DNA from: Candidatus Thorarchaeota archaeon | GTDB taxonomy: Archaea > Asgardarchaeota > Thorarchaeia > Thorarchaeales > Thorarchaeaceae | Direction of reading: 5' to 3' | NCBI GenBank assembly: GCA_038893995.1 | Contig: JAWAQK010000047.1 | Span: forward strand, 1-19,928 | Length of the DNA: 19,928 nt | Shown: positions 8,560 through 16,410 of the stretch, in pieces | Layout of the letters: every line of letters starts with the position of its first letter | How positions within the stretch are numbered: position 1 is the first letter of the stretch | The notes under the pieces: generated by a model | The model's input: the letters and a program-made list of their open reading frames with translations, nothing else | The model's database searches: none | What the model was told of the DNA's origin: nothing | Translations under genes and position numbers: made by a program

Positions 8560-10310
8560 GACCCTCCACCTCCAGCAACGGCCGTCGGAGTGCATAGGAA
8601 TGCCTCCACCATGGCCATGATCTGCTGGTCTGTCGAGTGATACATCACAATTGCACTACTTGGACAGGCTGCTGCGCACGTACCACATCCGTGGCACTTG
8701 GCCTCTGTCACAAGGGCGACAGGTGGGTCTCTCGAATTGTCCATTGATATGGCACCGTACGGGCATGCGGTGACGCATGTCCTGCATGAGGAGCACAGCT
8801 CACTGATGACATGGGATACGGTTGACTCTATCTCCACCTCTCCCCTTGCCATGAGACCGACCGCCTTTGCCGCTGCTCCGCTGGCATCTATGACTGACTC
8901 GGAGGCGTTCTTGGCCGCCTGTGCAGCTCCGGCGATCATAACGCCCGCTGTGTGAGTCGTGAGCGGAGCCAGCTTGATGTGCTCAGGATTGAAGAACCCG
9001 TCTCCGCTACGAGTGAGACTGAAGAGTTTGGAAACATCTGCCGCGTCCGGAGGCGGTACCATTGCTGAGGCCAACACGAGCATGTCCGGTTCGTACATCA
9101 TGTCATCACCAGACAGCACATCGTGCCATGTGACCCTGATCTTGCCGCTCTTGGTGACAGTCACCTCCGGCTTGTTGTCCCTGGGGAATTTGCTGTATAT
9201 CACGTGCTTGGATCTTGCGAGTCTATAGAGCTCCTCATGTCCGCGGCCATATGTCCTGATGTCCTGGTAGAGTATCAGGACCTCATCGACTCTGTCTCGT
9301 AGGTCAGATGCTGCCTTTGCGACGGCAGAGCAGCAGTGTCTTGAACAGTGCTCATGTCCAGGCTTCCCTGGTTCCCTTGAGCCAACGCACCCGATGAATA
9401 CCAACTTCTTGACAGGTTTTCCATCACTTGGCCTCAAGAGATCCTCCCTCGGTCGTAGCTCCTGAAGCTCAGCAAGGGTGACTATATCCTTGGACTCGCC
9501 ATACCCATAGTAACCGTATGGCTTGAACGGCTCGAAGCCTGTCGCCACAATCACAGTGCCGACCTCGTAAGACTCCTCCTTTCCGGTCTTGAGATTCTTG
9601 ACCCTCGCGACGAAATTCCCGATATAGCCCTCAAATCCGACGACCTGACTGTCAGTCAGCACCTTGATGAGTGGATGTCTTGTCACGTTTCTCAGCAGAG
9701 GCGCTATCACTTGCCACCCCGACTCATCTGCTGGGAATAGGTGTGTCCATTTGGCCACATGTCCTCCCAGCTTGGACTGCCTCTCGACAAGGACTACTTC
9801 GAAACCCCTGTCGGCAATATCGCACGCGGCCCTCAGACCTGCGATCCCCCCGCCGACAACAAGTGTTCGGGGTAGGACCTTCACAGTCTTCACTGGTAGA
9901 TGCTCCAGTTGTGCCGCTCTAGCGACCGACATCCGTACCAGGTCGATAGCCTTCTCTGTGGCCTTCTCGGGCTCTCGCATGTGACACCACGAGACATGTT
10001 CTCTGAGGTTGACCTGTTCGAAGAGATATCGATTCAGTCCAGCCTCCTCCACCACGCGTCTGAAAGTAGGCTCATGCATTCTGGGTGAACAGCTGGCCAC
10101 TACGACACGGTTGAGATTCTTCTCTCTGACCTTCTCGCGTATCAATGCTTGACCTGCGTCAGAACACATGAACATCTCGTGTGTCGAGTACACAACGTTC
10201 GGGAAGGATTCGGCCGCCTTGGCCACTCTCTCCACGTCGACCGATCCTGCAATGTTGTGCCCGCAGTGACACACGAAGACACCAATCCTGGGTTCGGTAT
10301 TCTCAGCCAT
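8556..10310 (-). CDS. hdrA: HdrA-family protein (QmoB-like architecture): N-terminal Fe-S domain, FAD domain and C-terminal 2x[4Fe-4S]; lacks the inserted ferredoxin and the FPTxDCxxC motif
   Basis: RIGVFVCHCG, FMCS, VVVASCSPRMHE, NLREHVSW, VGGGIAG, CVGSR-x9-CSRHCC, CSSCRTCVTACPY and CHGCGTCAAACP. ATG 10310 overlaps the upstream TGA. Confidence 0.92.
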   Translation of the reverse strand: MAENTEPRIGVFVCHCGHNIAGSVDVERVAKAAESFPNVVYSTHEMFMCSDAGQALIREKVREKNLNRVVVASCSPRMHEPTFRRVVEEAGLNRYLFEQVNLREHVSWCHMREPEKATEKAIDLVRMSVARAAQLEHLPVKTVKVLPRTLVVGGGIAGLRAACDIADRGFEVVLVERQSKLGGHVAKWTHLFPADESGWQVIAPLLRNVTRHPLIKVLTDSQVVGFEGYIGNFVARVKNLKTGKEESYEVGTVIVATGFEPFKPYGYYGYGESKDIVTLAELQELRPREDLLRPSDGKPVKKLVFIGCVGSREPGKPGHEHCSRHCCSAVAKAASDLRDRVDEVLILYQDIRTYGRGHEELYRLARSKHVIYSKFPRDNKPEVTVTKSGKIRVTWHDVLSGDDMMYEPDMLVLASAMVPPPDAADVSKLFSLTRSGDGFFNPEHIKLAPLTTHTAGVMIAGAAQAAKNASESVIDASGAAAKAVGLMARGEVEIESTVSHVISELCSSCRTCVTACPYGAISMDNSRDPPVALVTEAKCHGCGTCAAACPSSAIVMYHSTDQQIMAMVEAFLCTPTAVAGGGGS

Positions 10311-11623
10311 CACTTCCGACCTCCTCTTGTAAGCACTATGGTTGCCTTCATAGCTGCTGCGCTTCCGGCCGTGACCGAGTCAGGTATGTCCTTTGGCCCG
10401 TCAGCGCACCCACATACAAAGATCCCGGGCACCTTGGTATCTACCGGTCCGAAGTAGTGATGCGCGACGTCTACATATCCGTCGTTCTTGATCGTGATGC
10501 CAAGTGATTCGGCCATCTTGCCGATGTCTTCAGGCGGCTGCAGACCTGGGCTGAGCACCAAGAGATCGTGAACCCTGTCAATTACCCTTGCGTTCTCGGT
10601 ATCCTCGACCTTGCAGTGTATCTTCCCAGTCTTCTCATCTCTACTGACCTCGGCCACCCTCCCTCTGAGGAACTTCACTCCAAAGCGGTTCTGGGCCATC
10701 TCGTAGAACTCCTCGAATCCCTTGCCGAAGGCACGGATGTCCGCGTAGTAGACTGTCACATCGGCATCAGGATGGTGTTCCTTGGCCATCACTGCATTCT
10801 TTATCCCGTACATGCAACACACTCGACTGCAATATGGGACATCCTTGTTGACATCACGTGCACCCACACACTGGACGAATCCTATGGAGCGTGGGATCTT
10901 GCCGTCACTCAGCCTGATGAGGTGCCCGTGGGTAGGCCCGGCGGCATTGATCAGTCTCTCGTACTCCATTGCGTTTATCACATCTGGGATCTTGCCGTAT
11001 CCGAGTCTGGGATACGCTCGCACGTCGAACAGTTTGTAACCTGTTGCAATCACTATTGCGCCAACCTTCAGTTCCAGCCTCTCGTCCTGCATGTCGAGAT
11101 CAATGGCATTTCGCTCGCAAACACTCATGCAACGTTTACAGCGAATACAGGCCCCCATGTCTATTGTGTATACGTTCGGCGTAGCCTGTGGGAAGGGAAC
11201 GTATATTGCCTTGCGGAACCCCAGGTTCTGGTCGAACTCGTTGGGAACCTCAACAGGACACTCGTCAGTGCAACGACCACAGCCTGCACAGGCCTTCTCG
11301 TTCACATATCGGGCCCTCTTTATGACTCTGGCAGTGAAGTCGCCGACCTTGCCGACAACGCTCTCGAGCTCGGAGTTCGTCAGAAGCGTTATGTTGGGGT
11401 TTCTTGCCACCTCACTCAGTTTTGGTGTGAGAATGCATGCAGAGCAGTCGAGTGTAGGAAAAGTCTTGTCAAGTGCGGCCATACGCCCACCTATCGAGGG
11501 GCTCTTCTCGACCAGATACACGCGAAAACCCTGCGAAGCTATGTCCAGTGCAGCCTGCATGCCGGCGACTCCTCCCCCAATCACTAGAGCCGCCCCAGTT
11601 TCCTTAGACTGTGGTGACGCCAT
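10310..11623 (-). CDS. hdrA: HdrA core subunit (437 aa): FAD domain plus inserted 2x[4Fe-4S] ferredoxin; no N-terminal domain and no C-terminal ferredoxin
   Basis: IGGGVAG, LDKTFPTLDCSACIL, CAGCGRCTDECP, CIRCKRCMSVC, QCVGARD-x7-CSRVCCMYGIK, GPKDIPDSV. GGAGGTGG SD. Confidence 0.95.
   Translation of the reverse strand: MASPQSKETGAALVIGGGVAGMQAALDIASQGFRVYLVEKSPSIGGRMAALDKTFPTLDCSACILTPKLSEVARNPNITLLTNSELESVVGKVGDFTARVIKRARYVNEKACAGCGRCTDECPVEVPNEFDQNLGFRKAIYVPFPQATPNVYTIDMGACIRCKRCMSVCERNAIDLDMQDERLELKVGAIVIATGYKLFDVRAYPRLGYGKIPDVINAMEYERLINAAGPTHGHLIRLSDGKIPRSIGFVQCVGARDVNKDVPYCSRVCCMYGIKNAVMAKEHHPDADVTVYYADIRAFGKGFEEFYEMAQNRFGVKFLRGRVAEVSRDEKTGKIHCKVEDTENARVIDRVHDLLVLSPGLQPPEDIGKMAESLGITIKNDGYVDVAHHYFGPVDTKVPGIFVCGCADGPKDIPDSVTAGSAAAMKATIVLTRGGRK
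10695..10972. repeat. Near-identical tract shared with 13700-13977 (copy 1)
   Basis: Manual ungapped alignment at offset 3005: 22 mismatches in 278 nt (~92%), with only 2 in 10797-10900. Confidence 0.9.
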
Positions 11624-12505
11624 TCAGACCACCTCCTGCAACGACTCAAAGACTCTATCGGGACTTATCTTGTTCAGGTAGGCCCCCAGGGCATTCTTGT
11701 CGACTCCCAATGCTGGACCGAGGAACTGTGGAAGAGTCAGGACTGGAACTCGGTCCTTGGGATCAAAGCCCTCCTCAAACTGCACCTGAGTCAGCTGTAT
11801 GTCGCAGAAGACACAGGCCGTGACTATACCGTCAGCCCTCTCGTTTCTGACGTTCTGAATCTTCTCCATGCCTATCTTCGCAGCAAGGGAAGGATCCATT
11901 GCAAGCATTGGGCCGCCACAGCACTTTGTCTTGCCGACATAGTTGACTGGCGTCGCTCCGGCCAACTCTATGATCCTGTCTATTATCGTCGGGTTCTCTG
12001 GATCGTCCACGTGAACTATCTCGTAAGGTCTGGTCACATGACAACCGTAGTGGGCTGCAAGCCGCAGTCTCTTCGGATAGGGTCTTACGATCGCCTCTCT
12101 GAGCGCATCGTAGCCGATATCTTCGTGGAACACCTGCAGTAGGTGCTTTACCTCTGATGTCCCAGTGTATTCTAGTCCCTCTTCGGCAAGGATGTCATTG
12201 ACCTCTGCACGAAGTATTCTGTCACGGTCCAACATTTCCTTGACCATCTTCAGCGAACCGGAGCAAGCCCCACAGATGGCCAGAATGTCCAGACCTGCCT
12301 GCTCGGCCATCGCAATTATCCTTCCGCTCATCGCGGCAAAGGCCTGTCTGTTGATAGACTCAAGATACTGGGCGCCACAACAGTTCACGTTGTCCATGTC
12401 TACCACACGGATGCCAAGCTTCTCGAGTACTATCTTCACGGAGGCCTCATAGGCTGGGTGTCTCACTGGTACAGTACATCCTGTGTAGAGCATGAATTCC
12501 TTCAA
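11624..12505 (-). CDS. hdrB: Heterodisulfide reductase subunit B
   Basis: Two intact CCG domains: YTGC..NCCG..CGAC and HYGCH..KCCGG..ACVFC. The TTG start overlaps the hdrC stop (TTGA). Confidence 0.95.
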   Translation of the reverse strand: MKEFMLYTGCTVPVRHPAYEASVKIVLEKLGIRVVDMDNVNCCGAQYLESINRQAFAAMSGRIIAMAEQAGLDILAICGACSGSLKMVKEMLDRDRILRAEVNDILAEEGLEYTGTSEVKHLLQVFHEDIGYDALREAIVRPYPKRLRLAAHYGCHVTRPYEIVHVDDPENPTIIDRIIELAGATPVNYVGKTKCCGGPMLAMDPSLAAKIGMEKIQNVRNERADGIVTACVFCDIQLTQVQFEEGFDPKDRVPVLTLPQFLGPALGVDKNALGAYLNKISPDRVFESLQEVV

Positions 12506-13026
12506 TGAGTCGTGCCTCCCTCGACGAATCTCTGTTTGACTCTCTTACTGAATTCGTTGTTCCAGTTGATCTTGGTCCGGAGTCCGAGCGCCTCACGGTC
12601 CTCCTCAATGAAGTCTGTATAGGCGTCCTTGAGTAGCCATCCGTCTCGAAAGAGGACCTCGACGGTGTTGGCAAAGGCCTTTGGGATGCGGTTCTCACTG
12701 GCTGCGATCTCTCTGACAGCATGGAATATGTCCGCGAGGCTGACGCCCTCTTGGCATCTCTCCTCACAGAGTCTGCAGGTCATGCACAGCCACGGGAGCT
12801 CGCTGTTGAGGACTTCCTCCCTCTCGCCCAACAGGATCTTCTGTATGAGCTTCCTGGGTCTGTACTTGTCTTCATAGCTAGCAACCATGCAGCTGGCAGT
12901 GCATATGCCGCACTGGACACACTTGTTGATGTCTTCTCCGCCGGGTACTGATGCTATCTCGCGGGAGAATTCAGAACTGGGTACATGTGCATGAAGTGTA
13001 CCTTTCTGGCTATTGGTCTTACCCAT
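12502..13026 (-). CDS. hdrC: Heterodisulfide reductase subunit C
   Basis: KCVQCGICTASC, PRKLI, WLCMTCRLCEERC. Directly upstream of hdrB. Confidence 0.93.
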   Translation of the reverse strand: MGKTNSQKGTLHAHVPSSEFSREIASVPGGEDINKCVQCGICTASCMVASYEDKYRPRKLIQKILLGEREEVLNSELPWLCMTCRLCEERCQEGVSLADIFHAVREIAASENRIPKAFANTVEVLFRDGWLLKDAYTDFIEEDREALGLRTKINWNNEFSKRVKQRFVEGGTTH

Positions 13027-13066
13027 GACTACTCACTACTCCGGGAACAGCCCACAGGTAGAAACC

Positions 13067-13147
13067 CTGACCGATGTTGGTCATGGTTACAGACTGTAAT
13101 TAAACCTATACATATCGCACAGATGCTCACACGACCAACATGGTCAG
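13067..13147 (-). promoter_or_regulatory. Putative internal promoter for hdrC-hdrB-hdrA-hdrA-mvhD-wHTH with palindromic operator candidates
   Basis: Minus-strand TTTAATTA (13104-13097) about 70 nt upstream of the hdrC ATG. It overlaps the palindrome TTACAG-A-CTGTAA (13087-13099) and is flanked by inverted copies of CTGACC(G)ATGTTGGTC. Confidence 0.55.
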
Positions 13148-13305
13148 CACGAACCGTGTGTTCGATGGGCAAGGTACTCTGACAACCGTCCAGCGGATCT
13201 TCTTGTGGCCACTGAAGCAGTGCACACATGCTGGTCGATCCGCGGCCGTGCATCAACGACACCTTGCCATCATCCGCAACGCATCGCTTGCTGAAGCACC
13301 ACGTT

Positions 13306-16062
13306 TTATGTCTTGCCTTTCGACTCTTTTCCAGCCAGCATGATCGTGGCGCGCATCGCAGCGGCACTTCCTGCTGACACAGAGTCCGGAATATCTTTGG
13401 GTCCATCTGCACACCCGCAGACGAACACACCTGGAACTCTGGTGTCCACTGGCGTCAGTACCTGATCCGCAACGTCGACATAACCATCAACCGCGAGCTC
13501 CATGCCTAGTTCCACAGCCATGTCCTCGAGACCCTCTGGCGGCTGTATCCCTGGGCTGACAACCACCAGGTCGTGTTCGACATCGTTCACCGTGTGTGCC
13601 TCTGTATCCTCCACACGGAGGATGAGGTTTCCAGTGTCTTTTGCCTCCCTCACCTCCGCCACTCTTCCCCTGACGAACTTGACACCGAACCGTGTGCGTG
13701 CCATCTCGTAGAACTCCTCGAATCCCTTGCCAAACGCCCGTATGTCCGCGTAGTAGACTGTAACATCGGCGTCGGGGTGGTGTTCCTTGGCCATCACTGC
13801 GTTCTTTATCCCGTACATGCAGCACACTCGACTGCAATATGGGACATCCTTGTTGACATCACGTGCACCTACACACTGGACGAATCCTATGGAGCGTGGG
13901 ATCTTACCATCACTGAGTCTGATCAGATGTCCACGGGTAGGGCCTGCGGCATTGATCAGTCTCTCGTACTCCATTGCATGGATGACGTTCGGGTACTTTC
14001 CGTATCCAAGCTGGGTATAGCGGCTCACGTCGAACAGCCTGTAGCCCGTTGCGATGACGATCGCGCCGACGTTGAGCTCGAGCGACTGATCAGTCATGCC
14101 GTGGTCGATAGCGTTTCTCTGACACGCCTGAGCACATCGACCACACTCACAACACACAGCACAATTGAGACATCTCTCAGCCTCAGCGGCAGCGGTCTCC
14201 TCAGAGAATCCCAGTTCGACCTCGCTGAAGGTGCGCTTCCTGCTCTTCACTCCCTGTTTTGGCATGACGGCCCTCTTGGCAAATGGGATATGCGTCTTGT
14301 CGACCTCATACGACTGCACCCTGTGTCGATGCGGAGTCTCCGCCCGTGAACGTAGCTCTCCGCGAAGATACCTGTCTATGGCAATTGCTGCATCCCTGCC
14401 CTGCCCCACTGCCTTGACGACGGTTAGGGGACCTGTGACGACATCCCCTCCTGCAAACACGCCCGGAATGTTGGTCGCCATTGTGGCAGGGTCGACAATC
14501 ACTGTTCCAAACTCTGTACATTCACACTGGGTCTGTACTCCCTGTGGGTCTGTGGACTGGCCGACTGCTACGATGAGTGTGTCGATTGCCAGGGTGAACT
14601 CGGAGCCAGGTATCGGCACTGGTCTCCTCCTACCTGAGTGGTCTGGCTCGCCAAGCCTCATCTTGATGCATCTGATTCCGCTCACGTGACCACCGTGCGA
14701 CAGGACCTCAATCGGAGCAGTGAGCATCATGAACCGGACGCCCTCCTCCTTTGCGTCCTCTACCTCTGACGGAATTGCAGGGATCTCAACGTTTGACCTA
14801 CGGTAGACCACAGTGACCTCCTGTGCGCCAAGTCTGATGGCCACACGTGCTGCGTCGACAGCTGCATCCCCTCCACCCACAACAGCAACTCTACGTCCAA
14901 CTGTGACCGTTTCCCCGTTCGAGATCTTCTCCAGGAATGGTATCGAGTGAATGACTCCTTCGACATCCTCGCCCTTGATGCCCAACTTATTACTGGCCGA
15001 GGCTCCAGTGCCAATGAATACTGCCTTGAATCCCTTCTTGAGCAGATCCCTGACCGATCTCACTGGCGAGTTGGTCTTGATGGTCACGCCCATGTCCTCG
15101 ATGCGTCTTATCTCCTCGTCGAGGATGTTACGTGGAAGTCTGTACTCTGGGATTGCGTATCTCATCAGTCCGCCGGGCTTTGGTTTTGCCTCAAACACGG
15201 TGACTGGATAGCCCATTCTTGCCAGATGATATGCACAACTCAGGCCGGCCGGACCTGCCCCGATGACCGCAACCCTGTCACTCTTGTCTATCTTGGGGGT
15301 CACTGGCTTTCCTAGCTTATGCTCTCGTTCATAGTCTGCGAGGAATCTGTGCAGGTTCCTGATGCTGACGCTAGCGTCATGCATGCCTCTCTCGCACTCA
15401 GCCTCACAGAAACTGATACATACTCGTCCCAGTACCCCTGGAAATGGGATAGACTCTCTCAAGATCTCCAGGGCAGCTGCATAGTCGCCCTGCTTCATCA
15501 TCGTTATGAACCCTTGAGCATTCACATGAGCCGGGCATGTTGCCCGACAGGCCGGCTCGCCCTTCTTCTCGATAGTGTACACGTTGGGCGTGGCCTGTGG
15601 GAACGGTGAATATATGGCCTTCCGGAACCCTATCCCCTGATCGAACTCGCTGGGGACCTCAACTGGGCACGCTGCCACACAATCGCCGCAGCCGGAGCAT
15701 TTACTCTCGTCCACATAGCGTGCCTTGCGTCTGATCTTCACCGTGAAGTTGCCAGGTTCTCCCGTCACCGACTTGACCTCGGAATAAGTCAGCAGCTCGA
15801 TATTGGGATGTCTTGCAGTTTCACTGAGGCGGGGCGTGAGTATACAAGCAGAGCAGTCCAGCGTCGGGAATGTCTTGTCAATCATGGCCATCCTCCCGCC
15901 TATGGATGGAGACTGCTCCAACAGATACACCTTGAACCCCTGATTTGCTATATCGAGTGCCGCCTGCATGCCGGCCACTCCACCGCCGATGACCATTGCA
16001 GCAGGCGTTTCGCGGAGACCCTCACTCATCGATCTCTGGTTCGTGCGACTGGTAACCGTCAT
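13306..16062 (-). CDS. hdrA: HdrL-type large HdrA: HdrA core with a ~470-aa GltD/NfnB-like FAD/NAD(P)H module inserted in the ferredoxin domain
   Basis: HdrA motifs (IGGGVAG, FPTLDCSAC, CSGCGDCVAACP, CSRVCCMYGIK) interrupted at ~15570-14161 by PACRATCP, GRVCISFCEAEC, IGAGPAG, YAIPEYRLP, VGGGDAAVD, VYRRS, FAGGD and EAERCLNC. Start may be 16062 (AGGAG SD) or the next Met (16029). Confidence 0.92.
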   Translation of the reverse strand: MTVTSRTNQRSMSEGLRETPAAMVIGGGVAGMQAALDIANQGFKVYLLEQSPSIGGRMAMIDKTFPTLDCSACILTPRLSETARHPNIELLTYSEVKSVTGEPGNFTVKIRRKARYVDESKCSGCGDCVAACPVEVPSEFDQGIGFRKAIYSPFPQATPNVYTIEKKGEPACRATCPAHVNAQGFITMMKQGDYAAALEILRESIPFPGVLGRVCISFCEAECERGMHDASVSIRNLHRFLADYEREHKLGKPVTPKIDKSDRVAVIGAGPAGLSCAYHLARMGYPVTVFEAKPKPGGLMRYAIPEYRLPRNILDEEIRRIEDMGVTIKTNSPVRSVRDLLKKGFKAVFIGTGASASNKLGIKGEDVEGVIHSIPFLEKISNGETVTVGRRVAVVGGGDAAVDAARVAIRLGAQEVTVVYRRSNVEIPAIPSEVEDAKEEGVRFMMLTAPIEVLSHGGHVSGIRCIKMRLGEPDHSGRRRPVPIPGSEFTLAIDTLIVAVGQSTDPQGVQTQCECTEFGTVIVDPATMATNIPGVFAGGDVVTGPLTVVKAVGQGRDAAIAIDRYLRGELRSRAETPHRHRVQSYEVDKTHIPFAKRAVMPKQGVKSRKRTFSEVELGFSEETAAAEAERCLNCAVCCECGRCAQACQRNAIDHGMTDQSLELNVGAIVIATGYRLFDVSRYTQLGYGKYPNVIHAMEYERLINAAGPTRGHLIRLSDGKIPRSIGFVQCVGARDVNKDVPYCSRVCCMYGIKNAVMAKEHHPDADVTVYYADIRAFGKGFEEFYEMARTRFGVKFVRGRVAEVREAKDTGNLILRVEDTEAHTVNDVEHDLVVVSPGIQPPEGLEDMAVELGMELAVDGYVDVADQVLTPVDTRVPGVFVCGCADGPKDIPDSVSAGSAAAMRATIMLAGKESKGKT
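13700..13977. repeat. Near-identical tract shared with 10695-10972 (copy 2)
   Basis: Same alignment as copy 1. Confidence 0.9.
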
Positions 16063-16173
16063 ATTGGCCTACTCCTGGACCCTATCAGACTGCCGTCCGT
16101 GCACATTGGGTGCCCCAATGGACCTGTCAGAACGGACATCGATTATCTGGCATCCTATACAGTGATGCAACCG

Positions 16174-16181
16174 ATATTAAA
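16174..16181 (-). promoter_or_regulatory. Putative TATA box for hdrL
   Basis: Minus-strand TTTAATAT, about 110 nt upstream of the ATG and the most TATA-like AT-rich stretch of this intergenic region. Confidence 0.5.
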
Positions 16182-16410
16182 CTGATATGGTGGCCCGGCG
16201 TTAGTCGAGGTTCAGGGGGGCACACTGACGAAAACGGCCCTGGAGACTTGTAGGGATGCCCGAGTTGTTGTCATGCCAGCCCGAAGATGGTGCAGCCTGA
16301 CTGTTTCCGACGCCCACCTGTGCTACTCCTGCCGGTACGACACGACCTCCGCTCCCTGAACTAGATCGAGTCCGTAGTAGTGGTCGCACTGTGAGACATG
16401 CGAGCCAGTC

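Noticed and set aside
10568-11587. Long antisense ORFs (339 aa here; also 13573-14349 and 3192-3740)
   Set aside because: Shadows of well-supported genes on the opposite strand. Their mutual similarity just reflects the hdrA repeat.
8556-11623. The 437-aa and 584-aa ORFs as one frameshifted hdrA
   Set aside because: The second ORF has its own SD, a canonical HdrA N-terminus and its own FAD domain, and the junction is a normal TGATG coupling.
13029-13430. 133-aa ORF bridging hdrL and hdrC
   Set aside because: Overlaps the hdrL end out of frame, crosses a promoter-like region and has no recognisable motif.
8116-16062. Selenocysteine in HdrA or MvhD, with SECIS elements
   Set aside because: The positions that can be Sec in archaeal homologs are Cys codons here (GAC TGC TCT GCA TGC; GAC TGC TCT GCT TGT; TTC TGT TGC AAC TGG TGC). 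The reading frames are uninterrupted, and no intergenic hairpin inspected fits SECIS geometry.
4436-16092. Heptamer CAGACTG as a shared regulatory site
   Set aside because: It also occurs inside coding regions (ppdK, hydrolase), and a 7-mer is expected a few times by chance in 20 kb.
16226-16240. Hammerhead ribozyme core CTGACGA
   Set aside because: No stem II followed by GAAA and no stem III/NUH arrangement.
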